A stretch of DNA of 64,000 nt, from NCBI RefSeq assembly GCF_009914755.1, contig NC_060935.1; one strand, written 5' to 3'. The position numbers and the translations under genes are program-made. Below the pieces are notes generated by a model, which did not search any database, had not been told where the DNA came from, and was given only the letters and a program-made list of their open reading frames with translations. Source of the DNA: the human T2T-CHM13v2.0 reference genome, Homo sapiens. This document shows, one piece after another, positions 1 to 21,125 of the stretch; within the stretch, counting starts at the first letter, position 1, and each line of letters begins with the position of its first letter.

Positions 1-319
1 CTCCACTTTCCTACTCCATTCATTCACTTTCCCTCCTCCATGGATAGCTATTTTACCATTTTATTGTATCCTCAAACACCAATCCCACTTCTGTCATCCT
101 TACTCTCTGCTGATGATTTTTCTGTCTCTTCTGAGAAAACTGAAGCCATTAGAAGGGAATTTTCAGACCTCCACTACTAATGGACTAGATCTGTACCAAT
201 GTATTTTTTTCTTCTAGCCTCTTACCATAGGAAAATTTTGTGATTTTCTTTAAAGCTGATCTCCCTACTTGAGTATAAGATTCCATTCTTTTTTTCCCCA
301 CACAAGTGCATCACTTTAA

Positions 320-652
<333 letters not shown>

Positions 653-719
653 TAAACATCCAGTTACTGTTCTCAACTTAAAAACAAAACAAAACAAAAC
701 AAAACAAGAAAACCTTGAC

Positions 720-2178
720 ATTATTTCTCCCTGCTAGGGACAGGCACAATTTGTATTTTCCTTCTGTAGCTAAACTCCTTCAAAGGAATCATCATGTTCT
801 TTCTCTGATTTCCATCTACCGGTTTGAATCAAACCCACTTCAATAAGACTTTATTTTATTCCCTACTATCCTTCTGTAACTGCTGTCTTTAAGATCACTG
901 AAAACTTCCACCCTGCTAAAACAACGGTCAACTCTTGTTCCTCATCTAACTTAAGCTATGAGTAGCATTTAGCATAGTTAGTCGCCCACTCCTCCTTCCA
1001 GGAATTTCCTCACTTGGCTTCCAGCATACATTGCTTGGCTGGTTTTCCTCCCATCTTTTGCTTTCTCCATCTCAGTCTCCTTTCCTGGTTCCTCTCCTTG
1101 TCTCTGACCTTTTAATGTTCTGGTGCCCCAGAGCTGAATTCTTTGCCACCTGCTCTTCTCAATCTATACGTACTTCTTCTGTGATCTCACACATTCTTAT
1201 GACTTCAAGTAATATCTGTATGCCCACAACCCTGAAATAAGTATTTCCAGCCCAGGTGTCTCTCCTGATCATCAGACTGGCATGTAAAGATCCAAAGCTC
1301 AACTCCCAGTCTTCTTCCTCAAACCTTCTCCTCATGTCAGCTGATGGGAATGTCATCCTTCCAGATTCCCAGACCAAACACCTTAGAATAACCAAGAGTC
1401 TTCTTTCTTTCACAATCCTGAATCCTATTTATCAGCAAATAATGTTGGCTCTACTTTCAAGCTATTATTATATCCAGTTTTGACCTTTTCTTATCTTTCT
1501 ATTGATGACATTTCATCCAATCCACCTTGTCTCTCCTAATTGGGCTTCTAGCTTTTATCGTTGAACTTCTCTTTGCCTTGCTAGAAACAGTGATCCCTTG
1601 AAACCATAAAGCCAAGTATATCATTTATTTGCTCCAAATCCTTCATTGGCTTTGTATTTTTCTTAGAGTTAGAAACAAGTTCCTTTTCATGATCTGCAGA
1701 GCCCCACATGATTTGGCTCTCTGTTAACTTTCCTTCTTCTTCATTTCCTAGTATTGACTACGTGCCTCCAACGCCCTTGACCCCTTTGCTGCCCCAGAAG
1801 ATTCTGGCCTCAGGATTTTGAGTGTTTCCCTAATTTCAAGGATATTCCCCCAGATATCCTCCTGGCTGGCACCCACAGCTCTTTCATGCCTCTCCCCAGT
1901 GTCATTTCTATTTAATATCATGAACCCCCACTCCTCTCTTTGGATTCCCAGATTCTCCTTATCCCATTCTGTTAGCCCCTAGTACTTAATCACTTTCAAA
2001 AATATTATGTAATTTACCTATAGTATGTTTACTTTTTTCTTTGTTTTTATTGCTAGAATATAAGCTCCATGGAGGGTGGGGGACAGAAATCTTTCTTTGG
2101 TCATTGATGTTAGCCTCGCATCTAGGATATCAGTGGGTGTGTAAACAATATTCAATCAATGTTTGTTTCAATGAATTG
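720..2178 (+). mobile_element. Old L2 LINE 3' region (fragmented)
   Basis: Pyrimidine-rich L2-like text ending in ...CAATCAATGTTTGTTTCAATGAAT, an L2-type 3' tail. Boundaries approximate. Confidence 0.65.
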
Positions 2179-2238
2179 TTGCCAAAGGAATGAAGTACGT
2201 GCTGCATATATTAATTGAAAATTCTTATTCTTTTTTAG

Positions 2239-2400
2239 ATACAGAACAGTTTTGGAATGAACATTGCCAGTGCTACAATTGCACTAGTGGGGACTGCTTT
2301 TCTCTCACTAAATATAGCAGTTAATATCCAGTCATTAAGGAGTTGTCACTCTTCATCAGAGTCACCGGACCTATGCAATTACATGGGCTCCATATCAAAT
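2239..2400 (+). CDS. MS4A3: MS4A3 (HTm4) internal coding exon: TM3 and second extracellular loop
   Basis: Acceptor ttttttAG ends at 2238 and donor GTATGT starts at 2401. The 162 nt translate to IQNSFGMNIASATIALVGTAFLSLNIAVNIQSLRSCHSSSESPDLCNYMGSISN, matching MS4A3. Earlier exons lie upstream of the window. Confidence 0.97.
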
Positions 2401-2502
2401 GTATGTTTCTGAAAAATATGTATAAGTATAAAATATTTCAAACAATCCAGGATGTACAGAAAAATAATATATCAGGTACCAATGTGCCATAATTTGAATC
2501 TT

Positions 2503-2802
2503 TTTTTTTTTTTTTTTTGAGACGGAGTCTCGCTCTGTCGCCCAGGCTGGAGTACAGTGGAGTGATCTCGGCTCACTGCAAGCTCCGCCCTCCTGGGTTC
2601 ACAGCATTCTCCTGCCTCAGCCTCCCGAGTAGCTGGGACTACAGGCGGCCACCACCATGCCCAGCTAATTTTTTGTATTTTTTTAGTAGAGACGGGGTTT
2701 TACCGTGTTAACCAGGATGGTCTTGATCTCCTGACCTCGTGACCCGCCCGCCTCGGCCTCCCAAAGTGCTGGGATAAGGGGCGTGAGCCACCGCGCCCAT
2801 CC
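2503..2802 (-). mobile_element. AluY-like
   Basis: Poly-T plus reverse Alu; TSD CATAATTTGAATCTT at 2488-2502 and 2803-2817. Confidence 0.95.
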
Positions 2803-3054
2803 CATAATTTGAATCTTGGGTCTGTCGCCTATTTGCTTTATAATGAAGGGCAAATTAGATAATCCCTTGAATTTTCTCATTTTTGAAATGAGGATAACAA
2901 TAGTACCCGTCTCATAGGATTTATGTGAGTATTTAAAAAGTTAACATATGATAAGCAATTAAAACAAGGCTTAGCATATCATGATACACAATTATTATTA
3001 CCACAACTACTACTATTACACTCCCCAGAGAGATTTTTTTTTAAGTTTCATTTC

Positions 3055-3386
<332 letters not shown>

Positions 3387-3476
3387 TTAATAAAACAAAC
3401 TTGAGAGATTTACAACTTTCTCTGCAATCTGGAATGTTCAAATAATGACTTGAAGTTTTGAAGGACTGCGCTTTAG

Positions 3477-3839
<363 letters not shown>

Positions 3840-3989
3840 AACCTTACCAATTTTTTAAAAATTTGTGTTCAGGTACTCTACCTCTTCTGAACTCTACTTA
3901 GAAATTAATATTTTCCTTTGGAATTATCCATTTCATCCCAGTGATCTATGAACTGTTAATTACAGACTCACTCCTAAGCTTCCTGTTTT

Positions 3990-4232
3990 CTTTTTATTAT
4001 TATTATTATACTTGAAGTTCTAGGGTACACGTGCACAACGTTCAGGTTTGTTACATATGTATACATGTGTCGTGTTTGTTTGCTGCATCTATTAACATGT
4101 CATTTACATTAGGTATTTCTGTTAATGCTATCCCTCCCCCAGCCCCCCACCCCACGACAGGCCCTGGTGTGTGATGTTCCCCGCCTTGCGTCCAAGTGTT
4201 CTCATTGTTCAGTTCCCACCTATGGGTGAGAC
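3990..4232 (-). mobile_element. L1PA 3' end fragment
   Basis: TTATTATACTTGAAGTTCTAGGGTACACGTGCACAACG is the reverse complement of the primate L1 3' UTR. Confidence 0.9.
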
Positions 4233-4861
4233 ACTACTTATGGAAGTTTGTGTTCTCATTTTCTTTATTACATTTTTAATGATCTAAATTTATATTTGTC
4301 GGAGCCTGATTTTTCTGTGAATTTGGAGGTATTTTTCCTCCAGGGATATATTGTATTGGTTGCTTCTAGGTGCCTCAGTAATAATAGTAGAATCATTAGC
4401 CCAACAATTTTATTTTTTGTTTATATTAGCTCAGTGTTTTAGTTTCTAGGGATAATGTAAATGCCTAAACCCCTATGAAGTGCTAATGAAATTGTGGAAG
4501 GGCCATTTTTGTTCATTTTTCTAAACTGCCTACTCCTCTCCTTAGTTTACTACTATTCAGATTGGAAGATGTTAGTGATAATGTCAGAATTTTGTTTCTA
4601 CAGCTTCTTCCCCCTGTAGCTACTTCACATGCGTTGACATAGAAATGTGACACATCTTTCTCATTAGAGAAAATGTTTTCATGCTTTTAGATTGAGATAC
4701 TATCTCTTCTACAGTGTTATATGTGTCTCTGTCTTTAATTTATGGTTCACTTTGTTCCACTTTACGGGAGGGAGATGTTGTAGTCTGGTTTCCTGCTGAC
4801 ATTTTTTTTTTTACCTCTGGATGTTGCCACTGGGTTTGATATAAGGCATCATATCCCCTAG

Positions 4862-4963
4862 GGCATGGTGTCTCTACTGCTGATTCTCACCTTGCTGGAA
4901 TTATGCGTAACCATCTCTACCATAGCCATGTGGTGCAATGCAAACTGCTGTAATTCAAGAGAG
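4862..4963 (+). CDS. MS4A3: MS4A3 penultimate coding exon (TM4)
   Basis: cccctAG acceptor and GTGAGA donor; 102 nt = GMVSLLLILTLLELCVTISTIAMWCNANCCNSRE. Confidence 0.97.
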
Positions 4964-5491
4964 GTGAGATTTTTCAAATGATTAATCATTCACATGATCT
5001 CAAAGCCTCCCTGTAGGGTTTGAAGTTGTTTCTGATGCTTAGAAATAAACCTTTATGTGGTAATGATTTGTGGAGTTCCTGGAATTAGAGATTGTATGAA
5101 TGTTAGAGATGGAATGAAGGGTAGAAAAGAATTTGGATGTGAACATGCAAGAGGAAATACTGTACTTGATATATAAGAGCATACTTTCTTATACAGCTGT
5201 AATTAAGTTTTATTATTTTCTTATAACTTGTAACTTTCTAATTGTATGACCTAGGAAAAATTAATAATTCTTTCTAAATTTTAGATATATTAACTGTAAA
5301 ATGAAAATAATATTTTCATTCTCTTCTAATGTTTGTTGTGAGTACTGTGTATATAATCTTTATGGCATTTGGCACAGTAAACATCAATGAATGGATTTTA
5401 TTGTTGATGATTATGATGATAACAGGAAGGGATGGGAGGAGAAGGAGATAATGATCCTGTTCTTGGACATTAATGTTGTTTTATTTTCTAG

Positions 5492-5521
5492 GAAATTTCC
5501 TCACCTCCCAATTCTGTGTAA
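5492..5521 (+). CDS. MS4A3: MS4A3 last coding exon (EISSPPNSV-stop); 3' UTR continues to ~6410
   Basis: ttttctAG acceptor; GAA ATT TCC TCA CCT CCC AAT TCT GTG TAA. Confidence 0.96.
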   Translation, partial: EISSPPNSV

Positions 5522-6211
5522 TCAAGAATACCTCCTTAATTCTGAGAGCATGAATATTTGACCTTAAATCTCCAGTGACTCAGAGCTTCACCCACAAACT
5601 CAGGAGAACATAAGCCTGCTCGTAAAGCTCAATCCTTCTATCATGGCACCAATCACAAGAACCTTGGACGTTTGACTGACTCTATCCTTTCTCTCCTAAC
5701 TATAAATCCTATTTGTGTGTCGTGGGTATGGAAGGACAGATATATTTCTTTAGGCATTCTTGGATATCTGTAACTTCTATGATCATTACTCCAAAGTTGT
5801 TTCCAGAAATTGGTTCTATTTCTTCTTATCCACCTACTCCATTGCTTTATGAGGTTTAAGGAAGGAAGGCGGTATAATCCCTATTCAATATATTTTTTCT
5901 AAAATCCAACTTCTGACCGCCCAGTAGGAAGAAAAATGAGACATTTTTTCCATTACAGAGAAATGCTTCTTGACTTTAACATCAGCATTATAAAAAGTGT
6001 CAAATAAAAAATTACCATCATTATCATTAAAATAAATTTTCACTGTATTTGAGATGGGAGGGTTAAGGCTCAGGGATTTTATTTCAGTGAACTGCTGGAA
6101 CTCACACATGCCCTGATATGTAAATGATGATTTATGTTGGCGAGTCTGAGAGCAAGCCCAAATGTGTTCTTCAAAGGACAATGGGAAACTGTAAAGTAGA
6201 GAACTAAAGAA

Positions 6212-6420
6212 TAAGGCCTTTAGAATCTGACACATCTGGGTTCAAATTCTGAAACTGTCACTTATTACCTGTATGAACATGGGCAAATTATCTAATCTCT
6301 CTGATCTATTTTTCCTCATCTGTAAAATAGGTGTAATAATAACAACTACTTTGTCGGTTGCTCTGAGGGTTAAATGAAAATAAAAAGAAAATGTGAAACA
6401 GCACCACAGGTACTTGACAA
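6212..6420 (+). mobile_element. MIR in the MS4A3 3' UTR
   Basis: MIR core motifs CTGGGTTCAAAT, GGGCAAATTATCTAATCTCTCTG and TTTCCTCATCTGTAAAATAGG. Confidence 0.8.
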
Positions 6421-6455
6421 TGATGTTGCTGTTGTTGTTGGTCTTGCTGTTGCTG
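6379..6455 (+). terminator. MS4A3: Probable MS4A3 polyadenylation signal with GU-rich downstream element
   Basis: AATAAA at 6379-6384 followed by TGATGTTGCTGTTGTTGTTGG at 6421 onward. Other AATAAA hexamers occur near 6003 and 6031. Confidence 0.65.
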
Positions 6456-6823
6456 GTGAAAGCTAAGGTGGGATTGTGGTCAGATGTGCTGGAGAGATAC
6501 AGTGGAAAACTTACTTACACTTCCATTGTGGCTCCTCGTATAACCTCCAACAACTCCAATAGCCATCTTTTCGAGGTGGCAATGTGGCGTGAAAACTTCC
6601 CTCAGTTCCTCGTTTATAAATCTGCTAAAGCACTTATATTTCTTATTCATAAATATCCAAGAAAAATAAAATTTATGAATAAGAAATATAAGCACTTATT
6701 GTGTCCATAAATTTATACCAATAATTTATTCTTAGTTACGTGTATATCGTATGTGCAAAGGTTCTTTTCTAACACTTGTTGCCTACTTATATAATAATTA
6801 TTTCTTTATTTTTTAATCCATTC

Positions 6824-7311
6824 TGCAGCGGGATAATTAAGGAACCAGAGAGACTGAGGGGTTGAGGAGGAATTATTTAATTATTTAGGTGCACCGACCC
6901 AGTCGGATTAACATCCAAAGGACTGAGCCCCAAACAAAGAGTCCGGTTACCTTTTAAGCATTTTGTGCAGCGGGGGACGATCTGTGCAGGGGGAAGCATA
7001 TTACAGAAGTGAGAAACAAAGACAGTTATTCAATTAAGACATGTATTACATTATTTCTTATTTTTTCAAGGAAAAACATGTTTTACGACTTGAGTTTATC
7101 TGCCTAGTGACCTTGCACCTGCACAGCTAGAGAAATAGGGTCTTCACAATGCCTGGGAAAGGGAGAGATAAGGCTCACTAGCCGCAGAAAAACAGGCAGT
7201 TAATTTTAAAGGACTCCAGCTCTTTCTCTTCTTCAGGGGGAATTGGGTTTCTCTTACATACAACCGAGCTTTTGCTTACACATTCTTTAATTTCTTTTAA
7301 TTCCTGTTCTA
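6824..7311 (-). mobile_element. Solo ERV1 LTR (LTR15-like), 488 bp, inserted in an L2 remnant
   Basis: TG...TA termini with a 4-bp TSD ATTC (6820-6823, 7312-7315). Family name is from memory. Confidence 0.8.
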
Positions 7312-7779
7312 ATTCAACAATCATTTAGGGAGTGCCTACAGTGTGTCACGTATTGTGCTAAGAGCTTGGCATATAATAGAGAATGATGCAAAATCTCTGC
7401 TCTTAAGTTGCTTGTAGTGGGAGATACAGACCCCTAGAAACACACAAGGGCTCTCATAGGAAGAGTATAGGAATCTTGAGAAGCACGTAGGACGAGCTTC
7501 TAACCCAGATTAGAAGACATGTCAGTGATAATTTTTTAGAACACTTTTCTTCTCAACTGAGTTCTTAAAGATAACTGAGCGTTAACATGATGGAAGGCAA
7601 ATGGAAGAAAAGAGGATACATTAAAAGCCTTTAAGTTAGAAAAAATTTTGAATATTCAAAGAATAAACTAGAGACTTTAGTGGGTCTAACTTCAGTGTAT
7701 AATGGGCAGATGGAAAAATAAAAGTTTGGAGAGAGGTGTACATCACAAGAGATTATAAAATGACAGCACTGTGAGTTTT

Positions 7780-9282
7780 TTTTTATTTTTTTTATTTTTT
7801 ATTTTTTATTTATTTATTTTTTTATTGATCATTCTTGGGTGTTTCTCACAGAGGGGGATTTGGCAGGGTCATAGGACAATAGTGGAGGGAAGGTCAGCAG
7901 ATAAACAAGTGAACAAAGGTCTCTGGTTTTCCTAGGCAGAGGACCCTGCGGCCTTCCGAGGTGTTTGTGTCCCTGGGTACTTGAGATTAGGGAGTGGTGA
8001 TGACTCTTAACGAGCATGCTGCCTTCAAGCATCTGTTTAACAAAGCACATCTTGCACCGCCCTTAATCCATTGAACCCTGAGTGGACACAGCACATGTTT
8101 CAGAGAGCACAGGGTTGGGGGTAAGGTCATAGATCAACAGCATCCCAAGGCAGAAAAATTTTTCTTAGTACAGAACAAAATGAAGTCTCCCATGTCTACT
8201 TCTTTCTACACAGACACAGCAACAATCTGATTTCTCTATCTTTTCCCCACCTTTCCCCCTTTTCTATTCCACAAAACTGCCATCGTCATCATGGCCCGTT
8301 CTCAATGCGCTGTTGGGTACACCTCCCAGACAGGTTGGTGGCCGGGCAGAGGGGCTCCTCACTTCCCAGAAGGGGCGGCCGGGCAGAGGCGCCCCCCACC
8401 TCCCTCCCAGACGGGGCGGCTGGCCTGGTGGGGGCTGACCCCCCACCTCCCTCCTGGATGGGGCGGCTGGCCGGGCGGGGGCTGCCCCCACCTCCCTCCC
8501 GGACAGGGTGGCTGCCAGGCAGAGACGCTCCTCACTTCCCAGATGGGGCGGCTGCCAGGCGGAGGGGCTCCTCACTTCTCAGATGGGGCGGCCGGGCAGA
8601 GACGCTCCTCACCTCCCAGACGGGGTCGCAGCCGGGCAGAGGCGCTCCTCACGTCCCAGACGGGGCGGCGGGGCAGAGGCGCTCCCCACATCTCAGACGA
8701 TGGGCGGCCGGGCAGAGACACTCCTCACTTCCTAGACAGGATGTCGGCTGGGAAGAGGCGCTCCTCACTTCCCAGACTGGGCCGCGGGGCAGAGGGGCTC
8801 CTTACATCCCAGACGGGGTGGCAGCCGGGCAGAGGCTGCAATCTTGGCACTTTGGGAGGCCAAGGCAGGCGGCTGGGAGGTGGAGGTTGTAGCGAGCTGA
8901 GATCACGCCACTGCACTCCAGCCTGGGCAACATTGAGCACTGAGTGAACTAGACTCCGTCTGCAATCCTGGCACCCCAGGAGGCCGAGGCTGGCGGATCA
9001 CTCGCAGTTAGGAGCTGGAGACCAGCCCGGCCAACACAGCGAAACCGCGTCTCCACCAAAAAAAATATGAAAACCAGTCAGGCATGGCGGCGCGTGCCTG
9101 CAATCGCAGGCACTCGGCAGGCTGAGGCAGGAGAATCAGGCAGGGAGGTTGCAGTGAGCCGAGATGGCAGCAGTACAGTCCAGCTTTGGCTCGGCATCAG
9201 AGGGAGACCGTGGAAAGAGAGGGAGAGAGAGACCGTGGGGAGCGGCAGCGGGAGCAGGAGCGGGAGAGGGAGAGGGAGAGGG
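7780..9282 (-). mobile_element. Full-length SVA retrotransposon
   Basis: Poly-T tail, SINE-R (~7825-8310), GC-rich VNTR (~8330-8830), Alu-like domain and (GGGAGA)n head. TSD CAGCACTRTGAGTTTT at 7764-7779 and 9283-9298, next to a TTTT/AA endonuclease site. Confidence 0.97.
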
Positions 9283-9299
9283 CAGCACTATGAGTTTTA

Positions 9300-9701
<402 letters not shown>

Positions 9702-9829
9702 TCAACATAGTTTGGGTAGCCTGAAGTTAGCTCTGATGGGAGGATTTACACCACAGAGATGGGGAAAAACCACAAGTTTTAGGATTCATGTGTAGATTTT
9801 GCCTGCAGCAAATACCATTGTGTTGTTCA

Positions 9830-10965
9830 AAAGGTGATTTTGTTTCCCTCATTTCTCCTTTATTTATCATTTAAATGTTTCAGTAAGGAAGATTTGTATC
9901 TTCTTTCATTTGTTTATTAAAGTATTTATATTGTTATGTACTCATGAATATTTATATTATTCTTTTGGTTATGAGCAATATTTGTTTTGTTTCTCAAAGT
10001 TTTCCAGCTTTGGCCATTGGGAGCTGAGTTGGCTCCTGTGTAGTTTTGACATGCTGCACCCCACTCTCCCCTTTTTAGCACTTCCATATTTTCTGGAACT
10101 ACAGGATTCTTCATGTTATTTCACCTGCTACAGACCTAGAATTTTCATTTCTTCAGGGAGCCCTGGTTTCTTTACTTAGAGAACTATATTTAGAAAACCT
10201 GACCTGGAGGCAAGATGTGCTCATTGCTACTGTATGTCACTGCTTTTAGCCCCCCTCAGGAGACAAAGCTAAGAAATATATGCATGTACACTGACCCATG
10301 CATGCACATGTCTATATTTATTATCATATGTATGTATCTATCCATCTCTCTCTCTCCATCATGAATTCCTACTGATAAATTCCACTCAAATATGGCCACA
10401 CAGGGTCCATTCTAGCAACCTCTCAACCTTGCTTATTTATAACCTGTTTTCTGAATATAATAAATCTGGCAACAATTTCCACAATTTATTTCCTTACCTG
10501 TTTAACATTAGTATACATGTAAATTCATTTCAGAATTGCTAACCAGTATTTTTGTGAGAAATAAATTTACCACCTAGAGTACACTGTTTGTGTACAGTTC
10601 TTTTTATCCTTAGCTTTAAGGTATGCAGTCAGAGTAGTTGTTTTTTATAGGTACTTAGGCCAGCTCCTTTTAACCTCTACCTCTTTCGGTGAGGTTGGCA
10701 TGCATTTCTAATGTTGTTTAATTTATTTTTCACAGTTTAAATTTCATCCTGCATTCCATAGGTATCTTGGTGAATTTTTATTTTAAACTAGCCTACAGTA
10801 AAGTTCATTATTTGCAAAACATCATTTTATCAGTTTTAACGAAACATAGAGTTATGTATCCATAGTACCATACAAAGCAGTTTCATCATCCTAAGAGTTC
10901 CCTTCTGTAATCTCTTGAAAATCAACTTCTCTCCCCACCCCAAACTCTGGTAACAACCAAACTAT
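9830..10965 (-). mobile_element. Old L1M 3' UTR fragments
   Basis: Diverged L1MC/MD-like text, e.g. CCAGCTTTGGCCATTGGGAGCT. Boundaries approximate. Confidence 0.6.
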
Positions 10966-11384
10966 TTTCCATATTAATAGATATATAGATATAGTCTTTT
11001 CATATGATATTCTGGAAAATACTATATCTATATATCTATTCATATGGAGGCAGTAGGGTGAGAAGGAGTGAAGGCAGAGATCCAGTCATAAAGCAATGGG
11101 TGTTATGGAATGGATTTCAGAGGATGGTGATATTACTAATAATGCCAATTTGAAAGGTCACTATGGCTGCATTATGAATAACAGCTTTGAGAGGGCTGGT
11201 ACATAAGTGAATATGTAAAAAAGAAACCCAGTGGTACATAAGTGAATATGTAAAAAAGAAACCCAGTAAGAATGGTATTAACAGTGTAAAGTTGGACAAT
11301 AATATGAGCTTGGATAACTGCTGTGCCAGTGAAAATCAAACAAGTATACAAAATCAAGATAGTTTTAGAATTGGGAAATTTGAG

Positions 11385-12512
11385 ACAAAAATAATGGTGT
11401 TAGGAAAGCTAGATATTTACATGGAACAAAGTGATATTGGACCCTTATACCATATACACAAATTAACTCAAAATGAATTAGAGACTTCAGTGTAAGATCT
11501 GAGATGATGAAAATTCTAAAAGAAAACATAGGGAAATCTCCTTGACATTGGTCTTGGCAATAATTTTTTTGATAAGACACCAAAAGCACAGGTGACAAAA
11601 GCAAAAATAAATAACTGGAGTCACATCAAACTAAAAAGTTTCTGCATAGCAAAGGAAACTAACAAAATGAAAAGTCAATATATAGAATGGGAGAAAACAT
11701 TTGCAAGCCATTTATCTGATAAGAGGTAAATATGCAATATATGTAAGGAACTCCTACAATTCAGAAGAAAAAAACCACATAACCTTATTTTTAAAAATGG
11801 GCAAATGACCTGAATAGACATTTTTCTAAAGAAGACATACATGTGGCCAACAGCTACATAAAACATGCTCAACATTACTAATTATTAGAGAAATACAAAT
11901 CAAAACCATAATGAGCTATCACCTCACAGCTGTTAGAAGAGCTATTATCAAAAAGACCAAAGATAGCAAGTGTTGGCCAGGGTATAGAGAAAAGCGAACC
12001 CTTGTGCACTGTTGGTAGGAACATAAATTGGTACAGCCATAGGGAAAACTGTGTGGGGGTTTCTCAAAAAGTTAAAAATAGGTCCAGCAATCCCACTTCT
12101 GGTATATATCCAAAGGAATTGAAATCAGTGTGCTGAAGAGATATCTGTACTCCCACGTTCATTGCAGCAATATTTACAATGGCCAAGATATGGAAACATC
12201 CTAACTATCCATGAACAGATAAATGGATAAAGAAAATGTGGAATACATATATAATGGAATATATTTTTTAGTGATAAAAAGGAAGGAAATCCTTCCATTT
12301 GTGATAACACGAATGGAACTGGAAGTCATTATTCTAAGTGAAATAAGCTAGGCACAGAAAAACAAATACTGTATGAGCTCATTTATTTGTGAAACCCAAA
12401 AAATTTGAACTAATAAAAGCAGAGAGTAGAACGATGATTATCAGAGACTGGGGAGCAGGGGACGGGAGGGAAGTTTGGCTAAAGGGTACAAAACTTCAGT
12501 TACAAAATAAAC
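11385..12512 (+). mobile_element. L1MA/MB ORF2 3' end and 3' UTR; resumes at 15865-15890 and 16259-16390
   Basis: L1 ORF2 C-terminal text (CATCAAACTAAAAAGTTTCTGC, ATCCCACTTCTGG). The 3' UTR is interrupted by the YWHAZ retrocopy and a THE1 LTR. Confidence 0.88.
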
Positions 12513-12513
12513 A

Positions 12514-15864
<3,351 letters not shown>

Positions 15865-15890
15865 GACTAACAAGTTCTGGGTTTCTAAGG

Positions 15891-16253
15891 TGATGTGGTT
15901 TGGCTGTGTCCCCACCCAAATCTCATCTTGAATTGTAGTTTCCATCATTCCCATGTGTCGTGGGAGGGACCCTGTGGGAGGTAATTGAATCATGGAGGGG
16001 GCTGTTCTCATGACACTGAGTGAGTTCTCACAAGATCTGACGGTTTTTTAAGGGGCTTTTCCCTCTTTCCTCAGCACTTCTCCTTCCTGCCCTCATGTGA
16101 AGAAGGACATATTTGCTTCCCCTTCTGCCATCATTGTAAGTTTCCCGAGGCCTTCCCAGCCATGTGGAACTGTGAGTCAATTAAACCTCCCTCCTTTATA
16201 AATTGCCCAGTCTCAGGCAGTTCTTTATAGGAGTGTGAGAACAGACTAATACA
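15891..16253 (+). mobile_element. THE1 (MaLR) solo LTR
   Basis: TGATGTGGTTTGGCTGTGTCCCCACCCAAATCTC...GACTAATACA with a perfect 5-bp TSD TAAGG (15886-15890, 16254-16258). Confidence 0.95.
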
Positions 16254-16559
16254 TAAGGTATGACATGGGTGGTGATGGATATGTAAATTAATTTGATTAT
16301 AGTAGTCATTATACAATGTATATGTTTATCAAGTCATTACATTGTACATCTTAAATATATACAACCTGTGTCAATTACATATTTAAAAGCTGGGGCAGGG
16401 GAATAAGCAAACATGGAAACCTCCAGCCAGCCACCCACATTATAACAAAAACAAAAATTGTGGCTAAATAGATACTTGCCATGGAAAATAGTAATGAAAA
16501 TTTGTAATAGATCATAAATAATAGGACATGCCTGAAAGAGGAAAAGACAAATTGATATT

Positions 16560-21125
<4,566 letters not shown>

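Noticed and set aside
3960-4260. Possible TSD or transduction around the L1PA fragment
   Set aside because: No convincing direct repeat could be read at the flanks.
6393-6710. 105-aa ORF with a signal-peptide-like Leu run
   Set aside because: The Leu run is the (GTT/GCT)n tract after the MS4A3 poly(A) site. The start is GTG and the remainder is AT-rich noise.
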